A stretch of DNA of 64,000 bases from positions 137,144,001-137,208,000 of the forward strand of contig NC_091291.1 in the NCBI RefSeq assembly GCF_032444005.1. Direction: 5' to 3'. The notes beneath the pieces are model-generated. The model had not been told where the DNA came from. It did no database searches and saw only the letters and a list, made by a program, of their open reading frames with translations. How positions within the stretch are numbered: the stretch's first letter is position 1; each line of letters opens with the position of its first letter. Made by a program: the position numbers and the translations under genes. The DNA is from Ranitomeya imitator (taxonomy: Eukaryota). Below, one piece after another: positions 26,040-38,270 of this stretch.

Positions 26040-27289
26040 CTGGGGGAAGGAGACACAGCTTATATATACGCACGGCATAGCGCTGGTTAGGACGCTGCTG
26101 AGCAGGTGCGTACGCAGATCGCCAGCCCCGACATCTGTAATAATCGAGGACCTCGGCGAGGACCGGCCCTCAGGAATTACATACTTGTGTCTGCGGAAAC
26201 AGACGTCGCACATACATCTCTGCAGACTGAAAGCTAAACCATCTGAGACGGCCGATGATGGTTCTCCCGGGCCGGGCGTTTACTGCCGGACACATGCAGA
26301 GTATCACTTTACAGCGCCCCCGTCCCTTTAATGCAGACGGCACTTTTACTGCCGTCATGTTATGGCAGTATCCGTTATTATCCTTCACTTGTGTAATGTA
26401 GTCATGAATCTCATGGATGTGGTATTCGATCAAGCAGAAAGGAAAACATTAAGGGTGGGATATATGAGGGGCTATTGGAAAACATTAAGGGTGGGATACA
26501 TGAGGGTCTCTGCATCACAATCTGTGTAAACATTGGTAGGTTTTTTTTTTTTTTTGCACATTGGGGCCTCACCATTTTTTTAAAAAATTTACTATCATTT
26601 GCGGCAGAAATTTATAGATGGCATAAATCAACTTTCAGGAGCACAAACGTCCAGAAAACTAACAGATTAATTGAGAAGCGAGGGTCCCCTAATAAATAAG
26701 GTGCTTCCTACTCCAACGGTGCACGAAGCGTCAGTCTTAATAAATTCCCCCCAAAATCTTCTCATTCATGGTCCGAGTATGGACTGCGGTGTCTGGACGG
26801 GCGGCGGGTCTCCTTACCTGCACTCAGCGGCCGCCAGAAGACACAGATGTCCGCACTGGGACTGCTAAGTAGGAAAGTATCCCACCCATTATATACCCGG
26901 ATGCAGGATTCCCCGCACACTCCCTTTACCTGCTTTATTAGGAGGTTTTCATGACAATTCCCTGAAATAAAGCCAGAGACGGAGGGCGGTGGGAAACATC
27001 AGAGGAGCGGACCCCCAACTCTCAGCTTCACCTTAAGAGTCTAGAATGTGGGCACGGCGACCTCTGGAGGTCAAGAAGGTGTACCGCACTTGTTATTGCC
27101 AGACTTTAAAGAGGATGTCCGGGACTTCGAGTCACGTCACACTGGGATATCTGAGATTAGATCATATTGTGAACAGCAGATCTTCCATCCAGCCCGTGTA
27201 TATGAATCCCATATTAAATTAATTTCGTTTACTTTGGTGCTGAACAGGTTAACGACCCTTTCTATGCTGGTCAGAAACATGCAGCTCCA

Positions 27290-27725
27290 TTTCAGCTGCT
27301 TCTGATCTGGTCATTACCTCTTCCTATAAAACCTGGCCAGTCCCTCTCTGTCCTGCCAGTGAAAGTTCTGCTTCCTTGCTCTTAGGAGACGCTGGGCTGA
27401 ACAGCAGATTGTTGTGGCTATTGGAGATTCGTGAAGCTGAAGTTTGGACTTGTGGTGTTCTGTACTTTGCTGTAGCACGGGTGTTTATTTTGTGGTCCCT
27501 GGTCCTATTTAGTTTATTCCTCCCTGTCCCTATCCTCCTCCCTATTGTTGGTTGGTGCTTTTGTATGACATAGGGTTTCTGATATCCCTGTTTTGTCTTT
27601 GTGTCTGGTTTACCTTTCATTTCTATGCCTCATGGGGTGGGGGACAAGACAGATTAGGAGCATTGTAAGGTCGGAGACTCGGGCCTCTTTACCCAGCTCC
27701 AGGGATAGCTTGAGGCCCCTCTTCC
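27290..27725. mobile_element. Possible LTR fragment
   Basis: TATAAAA followed by a T-rich U5-like tract; no termini or TSD found; resemblance only. Confidence 0.3.
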
Positions 27726-28141
27726 TTTCTGATATATATATGAATACAAAACCACAAGTATTCCTTACCTTCCCGAGACGGTTGCTGCTGCTCTGTCTCC
27801 ATTTGTCTGCAGCGCTGCAGACAATCAGTGAGCTCGGCAGCTCTGGCTCAGTTGATAGTACGAAGCGCTCAATACTGGAGAGCTCACAGATTGTCTGGAA
27901 GAGCTGCAGACAAACAACAGACACCGGGGGCAGAGACTCCGTGCCGGGAATTGGGAAGAGTGAGTAAGGAACAGATTGTTTTTAATAGCAGACTATGATG
28001 GAAAGTTTTAATGTATGTCACACCAGACGGCAAATGCCTGAAAATACAGCAGAAAAGCCAAATTTACACTACCCCATCATTCCCAACTTCCAGCCTAGAA
28101 AGAATCAATGTGTCAGTGATGGATAACCATAAAACACCTAC

Positions 28142-28254
28142 TTTCGGGCCGGCAGCGGAGTGTCCATGGCATCGAACAGCTTCACAATAGGCGGCAAGAG
28201 CAGATGAAGGTAATCATCCAGATTGGCCCCGAACATTTGTATGGCATTCAGAAG
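28142..28254 (-). CDS. MTOR: mTOR exon 22 (113 nt)
   Basis: LLNAIQMFGANLDDYLHLLLPPIVKLFDAMDTPLPAR(K). Confidence 0.96.
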
Positions 28255-28467
28255 CTGGAAAAGTGCAAAAAATATTAAAATAAATATCCTGTAAACAGAA
28301 ATGAAATACATGAGGGGGCCATTAAAAATTTAGTGTCTCCCAACTTGAAAAAAAAAGCATCCATCTCCTGACTACAGATGGTCGGAGACCATAACCAACC
28401 TGGGCCTGAGATCAGGTCTTTAGCGTTTGGTTGGCCCCTACGTCAGGCAGATTCCCACATCCCCTAC

Positions 28468-28635
28468 CTTTATAGTCACTATGCGACCCGGACTATTGTC
28501 CTGCATAAACACTCGCAGCATGTGAGGGATGAGCTGCGGCAGGTAAAGCTTAAACTCTCCTCCGAGCGCCAGAACAATCTGTTCAATCAGCAGGATAATG
28601 GTGCTCTGGATGGGGTTATTCATGGTCCAGTAATC
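28468..28635 (-). CDS. MTOR: mTOR exon 21 (168 nt)
   Basis: DYWTMNNPIQSTIILLIEQIVLALGGEFKLYLPQLIPHMLRVFMQDNSPGRIVTIK. Confidence 0.97.
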
Positions 28636-28657
28636 CTGCAAGAAACAGAAGCAGAGA

Positions 28658-29424
28658 AAGTGAGCGGGCGAGAAGAAGACTAGAAAGTGAGCGGGCGAGA
28701 AGAAGACTAGAAAGTGAGCGGGCGAGAAGAAGACTAGAAAGTGAGCGGGCGAGAAGAAGACTAGAAAGTGAGCGGGCGAGAAGAAGACTAGAAAGTGAGC
28801 GGGCGAGAAGAAGACTAGAAAGTGAGCGGGCGAGAAGACGACTAGAAAGTGAGCGGGCGAGAAGACTAGAAAGTGAGCGGGCGAGAAGAAGACTAGAAAG
28901 TGAGCGGGCGAGAAGAAGACTAGAAAGTGAGCGGGCGAGAAGACGACTAGAAAGTGAGCGGGCGAGAAGAAGACTAGAAAGTGAGCGGGCGAGAAGACTA
29001 GAAAGTGAGCGGGCGAGAAGAAGACTAGAAAGTGAGCGGGCGAGAAGAAGACTAGAAAGTGAGCGGGCGAGAAGACTAGAAAGTGAGCGGGCGAGAAGAC
29101 GACTAGAAAGTGAGCGGGCGAGAAGAAGACTAGAAAGTGAGCGGGCGAGAAGACTAGAAAGTGAGCGGGCGAGAAGAAGACTAGAAAGTGAGCGGGCGAG
29201 AAGAAGACTAGAAAGTGAGCGGGCGAGAAGACTAGAAAGTGAGCGGGCGAGAAGAAGACTAGAAAGTGAGCGGGCGAGAAGAAGACTAGAAAGTGAGCGG
29301 GCGAGAAGACGACTAGAAAGTGAGCGGGCGAGAAGACTAGAAAGTGAGCGGGCGAGAAGAAGACTAGAAAGTGAGCGGGCGAGAAGAAGACTAGAAAGTG
29401 AGCGGGCGAGAAGACGACTAGAAA
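28658..29424. repeat. 27/24-bp minisatellite abutting the MTOR exon 21 acceptor
   Basis: AAGTGAGCGGGCGAGAAGAAGACTAGA. Confidence 0.97.
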
Positions 29425-29704
29425 AATAATGAGTGAGGAAGGAGTGGAAGCCGAGAAAGCGATCGGGCAAGTGCAGAGGGGAAGCCGAGAAAGTGAGCGG
29501 CGAGGGAAAGACTAGAAAAATAGCGAGCGAGGAAGGAGGAGGAAGCCGAGAAAGTGAGCGGGTGAGGGAAGAGGGAAAAACGAGAAAGCGAGCAGGGGAA
29601 GGTAAGACGAGAAAGCGAACAGGCAAGGGGGTGGGTAGACGAGCAAGCGGGCTAAGTGGGAGAGGAAGACAAGGGGTAAGGCGCAAGGGTTAAGGTGTTT
29701 GAGC

Positions 29705-30545
29705 GCAGGGAAAAGGAAGGAAGGCGTAGTGGGGGGGAAGGAGGGAAGGCGCAGGGGGAGAAGAAGGGAAGTCGCGGGGGGGGGGGAGGGAAGGCGCAGT
29801 GGGGGGGAGAAGGGAAGTCGCAGGGGGGGGGGGAGAAGGGAAGTCGCAGGGGGGGAGAAGGGAAGTCGCAGGGGGGGGGAGAAGGGAAGTCGCAGGGGGG
29901 GGGGAGAAGGGAAGTCGCAGGGGGGGGGGAGAAGGGAAGTCGCAGGGGGGGGGAGAAGGGAAGTCGCAGGGGGGGGGAAGGAGGGATGTCGCGGGAGGGG
30001 AAGGAGGGAAGGTGCAGTGGGGGAAGGAGGGAAGGTGCAGTGGGGGAAGGAGGGAATGCGCAGTGGGGGGGAGAAGGGAAGTCGCAGGGGGAAGGCGCAG
30101 TGGGGGGGAGGAGGGAAGGCGCAGTGGGGGGGAGGGAAGGCGCAGTGGGGGGAAAGAGGGAAGGCGCAGTGGGGGGGGGGGAAGGAGGGATGTCGCAGGA
30201 GGGGAAGGAGAGAAGGCGCAGTGGGGGGGGAAGGAGGGATGTCGCAGTGGGGGGGAGGGAACGAGGGAAGGCGTAGTGGGGGGGAGGAGGGAAGGCGCAG
30301 TGGGGGGGAGAAGGGAAGTCGCAGGGGGAAGGAGGGAAGACGCAGTGGGGGGATGAGGGAAGACGCAGTGGGGGGGGGGAGGAGGGAAGGCGCAGTGAGG
30401 GGGGAAGGAGGGAAGGCGCAGTGGGGGGGGGGGGAAGGAGGGAAGTCACAGGGGGAGGAGGGAAGACGCAGGGGGTAGGAGGGAAGACGCAGGGGGTAGG
30501 AGGGAAGACGCAGGGGGTAGGAGGGAAGACGCAGGGGGGGATGGG
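29705..30545. repeat. G-run-rich purine tandem tract
   Basis: GGGAAGTCGCAGGGGGGG and GGGAAGGCGCAGTGGGGG units. Confidence 0.93.
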
Positions 30546-30715
30546 CGAGAAGAGGAGGAGACTAGGAGTGGGGGAGAAGACGAGGACATGGGTGGGGAAG
30601 GGGGGAGACAAATTAATTATATGGAGCAGAGTGTCGGCTTTGGTTTTTCCCCACTAGTGGCGTCGTGTTGTCCACGTCACGGCACATTGGGCTGTAATGG
30701 AGCCGAATTACTTAC

Positions 30716-30802
30716 TCTCATCAAGGCGAAGATCTCATCCATGTAGGGGCGAATGTGACTGCGCACAAAAGAAACCAACATTCCCAACTGCTGGAACATA
30801 AA
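30716..30802 (-). CDS. MTOR: mTOR exon 20 (87 nt)
   Basis: FMFQQLGMLVSFVRSHIRPYMDEIFALMR. Confidence 0.97.
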
Positions 30803-33169
30803 CTGCAGACAACATGTGAGACGGTCACGCAGGTGATAACATCTGTCGGCGCTCAGCGCCATATATACAATGCAGAAAATACTGAGCCGCTGTATTATTA
30901 GATACCACAGACCCCGGCACATTCCCAGATGAACAGAGAAGCATGTGATGAGACACTACACCGACCATTGCGATAGATGTGCTGAAACGTGCTCCATCCA
31001 GGATAGAAAAAAAAAAACACACCCCTCTAGACCCGGCTACAGGTAGCGATCTGGTAAAGGGGTTATTCCCAATACTAAAAGTTATAACTTTCCGATTGGT
31101 TGGGGCTCAAAGAGAAGGAAAGGACACAAAACGCACGGCCGCTCCGACCCCGGCCAACCAGAAAGTGATCGCTCTTCCACAGTTAACATAAAACCTTTGA
31201 CTGATGACCGGATTAATTGAACCAATATGGTGAACTAGGGGCATTTTTCTACTGACACGGAGCTCCAAATCCCCTGCAGAGACACATATTCCGGCCCCAT
31301 CCATCCCAGTGGGGGGAGAGGTGGTCTCACAATGCACTGCGGCTCCATTCACAGTGGGGAAGCGATACAACGCGGATTCACGTCACCTGTGGCTCAGACA
31401 GCACGAATCAGCTGACGGACGCCCCATAACATCTGTGTCCGTGTACGGGATTTGGAGCTCTGTATCAGGGCAGCTGAGCTCTGACTGCTATACTTAAATA
31501 TTAATACATTAATCACACAATTCTGACCGTATTAAACTAAACCAAGAGTCATCAGGGCTGACATGCACTTTAAAGGGATTATCTCTAAGGTGTCTGCAGG
31601 TTTCGGATGATTTTGTATGTAAGTGGACAACCCCTGTAAGACACGAGATCCATAAGATCCATACCTTCTGCCTTGAAGTAAGTTCTGCAGCCACACTCAC
31701 CTGAGGCGACATCAGTCCTGTCCTCTTTAGGCCAAAATCCAACAGCAGAGAAAAAAGGGAAGAAAAGGAAATCTTGTTAGAGAAGCGAGCAAAAACAAGG
31801 AGGCAGATAATATAGGTCGAAGTTTTATTACACATTTCTCCTGGGTATATTGAGTAAAAAAAGATTTGCAGGACCCGGGTCTGGAGACCTTGCCGGTGGT
31901 CTGTGGTTGCCGGAGCAGAGGTAGGTGAACTATCTCCTACCTTCCGGTTTCCCCTCTTCTAATCCCAATGTCTTGCCACAACAATGGCCTAATAATCAGT
32001 AAATGTCGGCAAGTAGGAGGTTCACAAGCCTCCGGGTCCATCAGCAGACACGGGCCACTGGTCCAGGTTTCTGCAAGTCATTTTGCTTGACTAATAGACT
32101 AACATTTACCAGTACAAACAAAGTTAAAGGTCATCTAGGACAAAGATAATAACGACCTCCTGACACATTCACTACAATGGGAGCCAACATGCACTGCTCC
32201 GTGTATGGAGCGGTGATTTCCAGTCTCTGTACACAGTGCACTACAGCTGTCGGACCCCCGATATTCTATGGGGGATGTATGCTAGGGTTAGGTCATCAAT
32301 ATCTTGTTCCTAGACGACCCTTTTAGGTGCTGTAATAATCACATGTAATATGTATTTACAGGGGGTTGACCACTCAAAAAGTACAGTTATAATTAAACCA
32401 CATGGAGGGCCGGGGGGTTACTCAGACCTCTGGACCATCTTCCCGAGAATTAGAAGACCCAAATCCTTTTTTTTCCCCTACCAAGAAGAACAGGAGGATC
32501 TGAAATAGACGAGTGATCGGATTTGCGACTCCCAATTCTCAGCTGGATTGTGGTCCCAGAGGTCCGACAACCCTTTCGCCAATTCATTTTGGTGCTGTCC
32601 TCTATGGTCTAGGCCCCAAATCCAGTCAATTCCTCGTCCACCAAGACCCTCAGATTTAACCCCCGACTGTCAACCCCTACTGCTCCTTTCCTAATTAGAT
32701 CCCTCATCCGCCTCCCTCCTCCTCCATATGTGTTTTGTTCTGTGGAACACTGGAGTTTCTTCACGACTTACTTGAGGAGAAGGTTGGTGAGACTGTAAAA
32801 GGAAGAACAAAAAAAAAAAAAAAGAAAGAATAAAAAACAAAAAGAAAAAAAAAAAAAAAACTATTTTAGATGATGCTCACCTAGGCGCAACCTCATTTTA
32901 ACAAGAAACTGCACTGTTGCAACAAGACAAAAGACATAATGAAGCACAAGCTCCGTCACCGAGTCGCAGCGTCCGCTAACCCGAGAACAACGTGCGATGG
33001 TCGACTGCAAAGTGAGACCTCCTAAAGATGTGGATCCCTGACTATCCTGCCCGTCAGTGGCCATGCAGCTGGCGCCTGGAGCCAAATCTCTATACCCTGT
33101 GGTCCTAGCAGGTGAGGGGGTGACCGGACAGTCCGTACAGTACCACGCTGCTCCCGGCAGGGCCCATAC

Positions 33170-33420
33170 CTCTCTCACGTTGATGTCGCACAGGCGGATA
33201 ACACTCAGGAAGGTCGGCATCACCTGAGGCAAGAACTGCACACACTTCAGGCCTAGAGACTTGAAGATGAAGGTGATGGCTTGTACAACCATAGTGTGAT
33301 GGCAGGACAGGGACTGGTCCCTCAGGATCCGCATCAGCGTGACCACGGCCACCGCCGGGTAGAACTCGTCCAGGGGCAGGTTCCCCATGTTCACCAGCAT
33401 CTCGCTGGTGCTGAAATCCG
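33170..33420 (-). CDS. MTOR: mTOR exon 19 (251 nt)
   Basis: DFSTSEMLVNMGNLPLDEFYPAVAVVTLMRILRDQSL...CDINVRE. Confidence 0.97.
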
Positions 33421-33750
33421 CTGAAGACAAGAGAAATCACGGTGAGTAAAAGCTAAAACATGGGGGAACATCACATCCCGCCGGTGTGCAGTCCAACAAT
33501 CGGAAAATAAAATCGCCATCCAACCGGAAAACTCCGTAGTCTTACGGTCTTGTAAAGCTGCCAAGCACAATAGATGATTCTGATTGAACCCAAAAACGAA
33601 CTAATGTGCAAGAGACCCTCCCGACTCTTCCCTGACAGATGATATTAGGGAACAGGATATCGATCAGGTTTGCAATACTTTATTCTAATGTGCCTCCAGG
33701 ATTCTGGCCGTCAGTCACCATCTTACGATTTATTAGAGGATGATGATTAC

Positions 33751-33880
33751 CGGAGTCCGGATTGGTCTTGGATTCGGATAAGCTCAGGGCTGAAGCGTCT
33801 CTGGACTGGTCGATCATTCCGATATTCACTTTGTGTTTGTACGGGTCCAATGCCCCCAGCAGACCCAGCACACGGATCGC
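33751..33880 (-). CDS. MTOR: mTOR exon 18 (130 nt)
   Basis: [43 protein letters not shown]. Confidence 0.97.
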
Positions 33881-33959
33881 CTAGAATCAGATGTAAAATG
33901 AGCTCCTGGGTGAACGGGAAGACATTTTCTTCACTACGATGACGTGTTAGGTTGCTCAC

Positions 33960-34094
33960 CTCCCGACGGATTCCTTGGTTTTGCTCAGTTTTTAAGAAAT
34001 TGAGCAGCACTTCCAGCAGCGTGGGATACTTCCGGTACGGCTCCACCACATATCCCGTGCTGGCCACCAGCTGGCCCAGCGTCCAGAGGGCAAC
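33960..34094 (-). CDS. MTOR: mTOR exon 17 (135 nt)
   Basis: [45 protein letters not shown]. Confidence 0.97.
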
Positions 34095-34174
34095 CTAAGA
34101 CGATAAACAGTAGTCAGACCACCAACTGTGGCAACTTATACACTGCCGGTCTCGTCACTCGCAGCAGCACTTAC

Positions 34175-34267
34175 CTGTCTCTTTGCCAGCAAGGAGGAGT
34201 CCTGTAACATTTCCATAATGATCGGGAAGAGTTCGTCCATCCACTTTCTCATCTCTAATCCACTGAC
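34175..34267 (-). CDS. MTOR: mTOR exon 16 (93 nt)
   Basis: VSGLEMRKWMDELFPIIMEMLQDSSLLAKRQ. Confidence 0.97.
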
Positions 34268-34530
34268 CTGAAGATGCAGAATAAACCTCGTGACATAGAA
34301 ATACAACTGTCCCCAGTACGGGGTTCTTCCCGGCAGACTTCTGCCCAATCGGACATCTGGGAGACGCAGACAGATCATCCGATGCCAAGCAGGTAGCAGT
34401 TATAAAGAATATTAATACTCGCGGGGGGACGGACCCCAATCTCTGGTGCCGGGGGTATACAAGAATATCCGGGAAGTGTGACGTGCAAAGATAGCAGAAA
34501 ATACTAACACCAAGGATCATCCGTTCTTAC

Positions 34531-34614
34531 CTGAGCGAGCTCGCCAATTGTCGCCAGGACGTTGGTCACAACTCCGGGATTGGGATCCGGATCACGTAAC
34601 TTTAAGATTAGGGC
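34531..34614 (-). CDS. MTOR: mTOR exon 15 (84 nt)
   Basis: ALILKLRDPDPNPGVVTNVLATIGELAQ. Confidence 0.96.
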
Positions 34615-34769
34615 CTGGTAATAAGAAATAGGGAGCCAGTCAGCAATTTATCTACAATACTACAAGCCTATACTTAATCATCAGTGTCGTTTCCTGCATA
34701 ATGAGCAATTACATAAAGGTAAATACATTCAGCTTGCATATCAAGTTATAGGGGGTTGTCCAGGACTTA

Positions 34770-35730
34770 CCGTATTTTTCGGACTATAAGACGCACCGGA
34801 CCATAAGACGCACCCCAAATTTGGGGTGAAAATTGCAGAAAAAAAGATTTTTTATAACATGGGGGTCCGTCTTATTGTCCGAATTTACAGTATCTTATGG
34901 CGGTGGCAGAGCAGGGTCACAGGAGGCAAGGTGGGGTGATGCTGAGATGAGGAGGTGCTGGGATGAGAAGGTGCTGGGATCAGGAGGTGCTGGGATCAGG
35001 AGGTGCTGGGATCAGGAGGTGCTGGGATCAGGAGGTGCTGGGATCAGGAGGTGCTGGGATCAGGAGGTGCTGGGATCAGGAGGTGCAGTGAGAGGTATGG
35101 CGTGAGAGGGGTCCCTGGCGTACCATGCAGGCTTACCTAGGTGGCAGAGGTCCGGTGGCAGAGGTGCGGTGGCGGGGGTGTGGCAGCAGAGGAGGCGCAG
35201 GAAGCGGGGTCCCTTTCCCCGGTATGGTGATGCAGCAGGCCCGGTATGCAGCAGAGTCGGGTGAATCCTCTTGTTATCGGTGGGCGCGGCCATCTTCCTG
35301 AGGCCGCGCGTGTGCAGATGAAGCGCTCTGCTCCCGGGGCTTCAGGAAAATGGCCGCGGGAGGCCGCGCGTGCGCAGATGGAGATCGCGGCGGCCATTTT
35401 CCTGAAGCCCCGGGAAGCAGAGCGCTCCATCTGCGCACGCGCGGCCTCCGGAAAATGGCCGCCACCACCGATAACAAGAGGATTCACCCGGCTCTGCTGC
35501 ATACCGGGCCTGCTGCATCACCATACCGGGGAAAGGGACCCCGCTTACTGCGCCTCCTCTGCCGCCACACCCCCGCAACCGCACCTCTGCCACCGGACCT
35601 CTGCCACCGCACCTCTGCCACCGGACCTCTGCCACCTAGGTAAGCCTGCATTGCGACTATTAGACGCACCCCCCATTTTCCCCCCTTTTTTTGGGGGGAA
35701 AAAGTGCGTCTTTTAGTCCGAAAAATACGG
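34770..35730. mobile_element. Tc/mariner-class foldback MITE
   Basis: TIR CCGTATTTTTCGGACTA(T/A)AAGACGCAC, TA on both sides, long internal inverted arms (about 35126-35350 vs 35390-35651). Confidence 0.85.
34950..35085. repeat. 16-bp tandem GGAGGTGCTGGGATCA inside the MITE
   Basis: Direct periodicity. Confidence 0.9.
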
Positions 35731-36060
35731 TATATACTGACACCCTACTCTTAGTATAGGTGATTAATATCAGATTGGTGAGGATCTGACATCCATCCCC
35801 CGCTGTGGACTGATAGTCGGACCACAGTCCCGTCCTCTGTGTAGCGGCCGTACTCGGCTTCTACTGATGTAAATGTCATCTGGGCTCCACTAGACAAAGT
35901 CCGGAGACCTGGTGACAGGCTGCAGTGGGAACAGAGGGGCTGGATGTCAGACCTCCATCGATTTTATGCTGATGACCTATCATGGGTATAAATCATCAAT
36001 ATATAAATCCTTTTATTGGAAAAAAAAGACACGTTTTGGTTATTTTCAAGAGAATCCGAC

Positions 36061-36183
36061 CTTAAGAATTGGCTCCATGTACGGGCGAATGAGGCGGGGG
36101 GCATTGGATACAAGGTGTCCCAACATCCGGGCACTTTGCTCCTTGTTCCTTCCAACGCCGCTGTTCTCTAATTCGGTCAAAAT
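36061..36183 (-). CDS. MTOR: mTOR exon 14 (123 nt)
   Basis: [41 protein letters not shown]. Confidence 0.96.
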
Positions 36184-36398
36184 CTGAAGAGGAGAAGAAA
36201 AAGATGAATAAATGATACACTACAGTTTGCCATGACGTGGAGCCTAGATGAGGACTTCATTGTAGAAACAAAGCGCCCATGGGTGGAAACTGGAAAAGAT
36301 AACGACTGTCCTGTCAATCCGAAAGGATCATGATCTTGTGCAAGAACCAACAACACAATATGTCCGATCGGTGTTCGGCATTTTTCAGGACTACTCAC

Positions 36399-36604
36399 CT
36401 GGATAAGCATCTTACGGAGGAAGGGCATGACGAAGGCTGGGTTCATGCTGCTCAGACGGCCAATGGTGCAGATGGTGAGTTCTCGTATCTCGAAAACCTC
36501 GTCATTCAGAGCCACAAACAGCGCCTGGAGGCTCTCGGCCTGAGCCAAGTGAGAATCGAAGCGTTCATCCAGAGAGGCCAGGACGCAGTAGCGGATATCA
36601 GGAT
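36399..36604 (-). CDS. MTOR: mTOR exon 13 (206 nt)
   Basis: [34 protein letters not shown]...FLRKMLIQ. Confidence 0.97.
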
Positions 36605-36680
36605 CTGCAAGGTAAGGCGTCAAGATAAACTAAAGTCTAAGAAAGCGTTCGGCAAAAACAATAAACCCCTGCGATCATAC

Positions 36681-36893
36681 CTGGGTCTGTAATCCCAACC
36701 ACCAGCAGTTTGCTCAGCACGTCGGCCACCACCTGGACTGCAGTCTGGCTTACGTGGCCGTGCCCACTAAGCTGCTGGATTGACGGCGTGAGGAGACGGG
36801 AGCACGTGCGTGCAGCCTCCATCCGAACTTCCTTGTGCTCGCTATTTAGAAAGTGGTCGGCACAGTGGCGCACAAACTGGGTGAGAGAGTGGC
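36681..36893 (-). CDS. MTOR: mTOR exon 12 (213 nt)
   Basis: HSLTQFVRHCADHFLNSEHKEVRMEAARTCSRLL...VVGITDP. Confidence 0.97.
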
Positions 36894-37069
36894 CTGAACA
36901 AAAGGCGAAATGAGAGAAAAGTAAGAACGATCATTGCCAAGAACATGCAAAAACCATCGGCAATGTACATGCAGCCTCTTACAGCCACACCCTCCGCTGC
37001 GACCCAGTGCCACGGATTTAGTAGCAAAGAACAAGATACTTGAATTACAAGATTTTACCAAACTTTTAC

Positions 37070-37314
37070 CTTCAAAGTCAAATGTTCCTAAAGTGCGGAG
37101 AGCTAAAGTAATGCTGCCCACGTCGCTGGCTTCAGGGATATTAGTGAGGCTGGGTGAGGACAGCTGCTGCGCGAGGCCCTTGGGCATCCCGGGGTGCCGG
37201 AGCGGCTTGTGCATGAGGACCAGAGACAGCATTTTCAGGAGGCCGTCCTGAATGTCTTTCTTCAGCTGCGGGATGTGGCGACTCAGGTCGTAAAGCACGG
37301 CGGTTAAGGCAGGG
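37070..37314 (-). CDS. MTOR: mTOR exon 11 (245 nt)
   Basis: PALTAVLYDLSRHIPQLKKDIQDGLLKMLSLVLMHKPLRHPGMPKG...LGTFDFE. Confidence 0.97.
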
Positions 37315-37649
37315 CTAGAAATAAGAACAAAACCAAATATATATGCAAACACATACTGTACCTAAAATACATATATGCCTGATATGATCTGTAAGCCCTA
37401 GATTGCACCCTTCTATGTAGTGTCAACAAGCCCCCGATAAGATTTCTGGTCCTGCACATTGCGAGGGGGGAGGCTTGTGTAGCGTTGTTCTCTGCAGGGG
37501 GCTTTAATGAATAGGGGGGCAGACAGGATGATGTTGGAGGATCTCATGGTCATGGAGATGAGAGGTCTCCAGATAGGACCCCCGAATCATCATATTTACC
37601 TACATTCACTACAATTCTACTACTGACCAGCGAATCCATTACATCTTAC

Positions 37650-37778
37650 CTGAGCCCTACAGAAAGCATTGGTTCCAGTAGTTCTTTCACCTCCTGTTGG
37701 ATGGAGGGACCCAGCGCTCGAGCCAGCATACTTATACAAGTAAACACCGTGGCATCCACTTGCATCGACTTCTGCCTC
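37650..37778 (-). CDS. MTOR: mTOR exon 10 (129 nt)
   Basis: RQKSMQVDATVFTCISMLARALGPSIQQEVKELLEPMLSVGLS. Confidence 0.96.
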
Positions 37779-38270
37779 CTAGGTGCCGAAAAACATCAAT
37801 CGTTGCAGGGTGAGCAGTCCGTATGAGAATCAGTCATACAAGTGAACAGATGAAACTTTGTGATCGATCCTATTAGCTAAATGTGGCATTTGTCTTACGT
37901 TTTCCTGTGCCCTTTTTTCAACAGCAGAGTCATAACTATAGTATCCTCATACATCCTACAGTATTGGCTGCCATAATGGGGCCTTATATCCGATGTGTTC
38001 ATGGATAAGAGCCGCCCGTGGCCTGCACATCACCAGAACCTACTATACGATACATTTAGAAAAGGATTTTATTCCCAACCATTTTTCTCGACAACTGTAT
38101 AATTGAGCAGCAGAATAATCCTTTAAGCGTCTGTCCAGCGCCGCTCATTTCTGCAAGACGTCACGCCTGCAGGAACCTGCCAGGACGTGTGCACTCCAAA
38201 AAGAGCGCGGCGCCAGACAGACCCATTAAACTCCACCCTAGACAGACATCGACACCATCGCAGCACTTAC

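Noticed and set aside
28616-30611. Leu/Ser-rich and Gly/Pro-rich ORFs
   Set aside because: Products of the 27/24-bp array and the G-rich tract; out of frame with MTOR exon 21.
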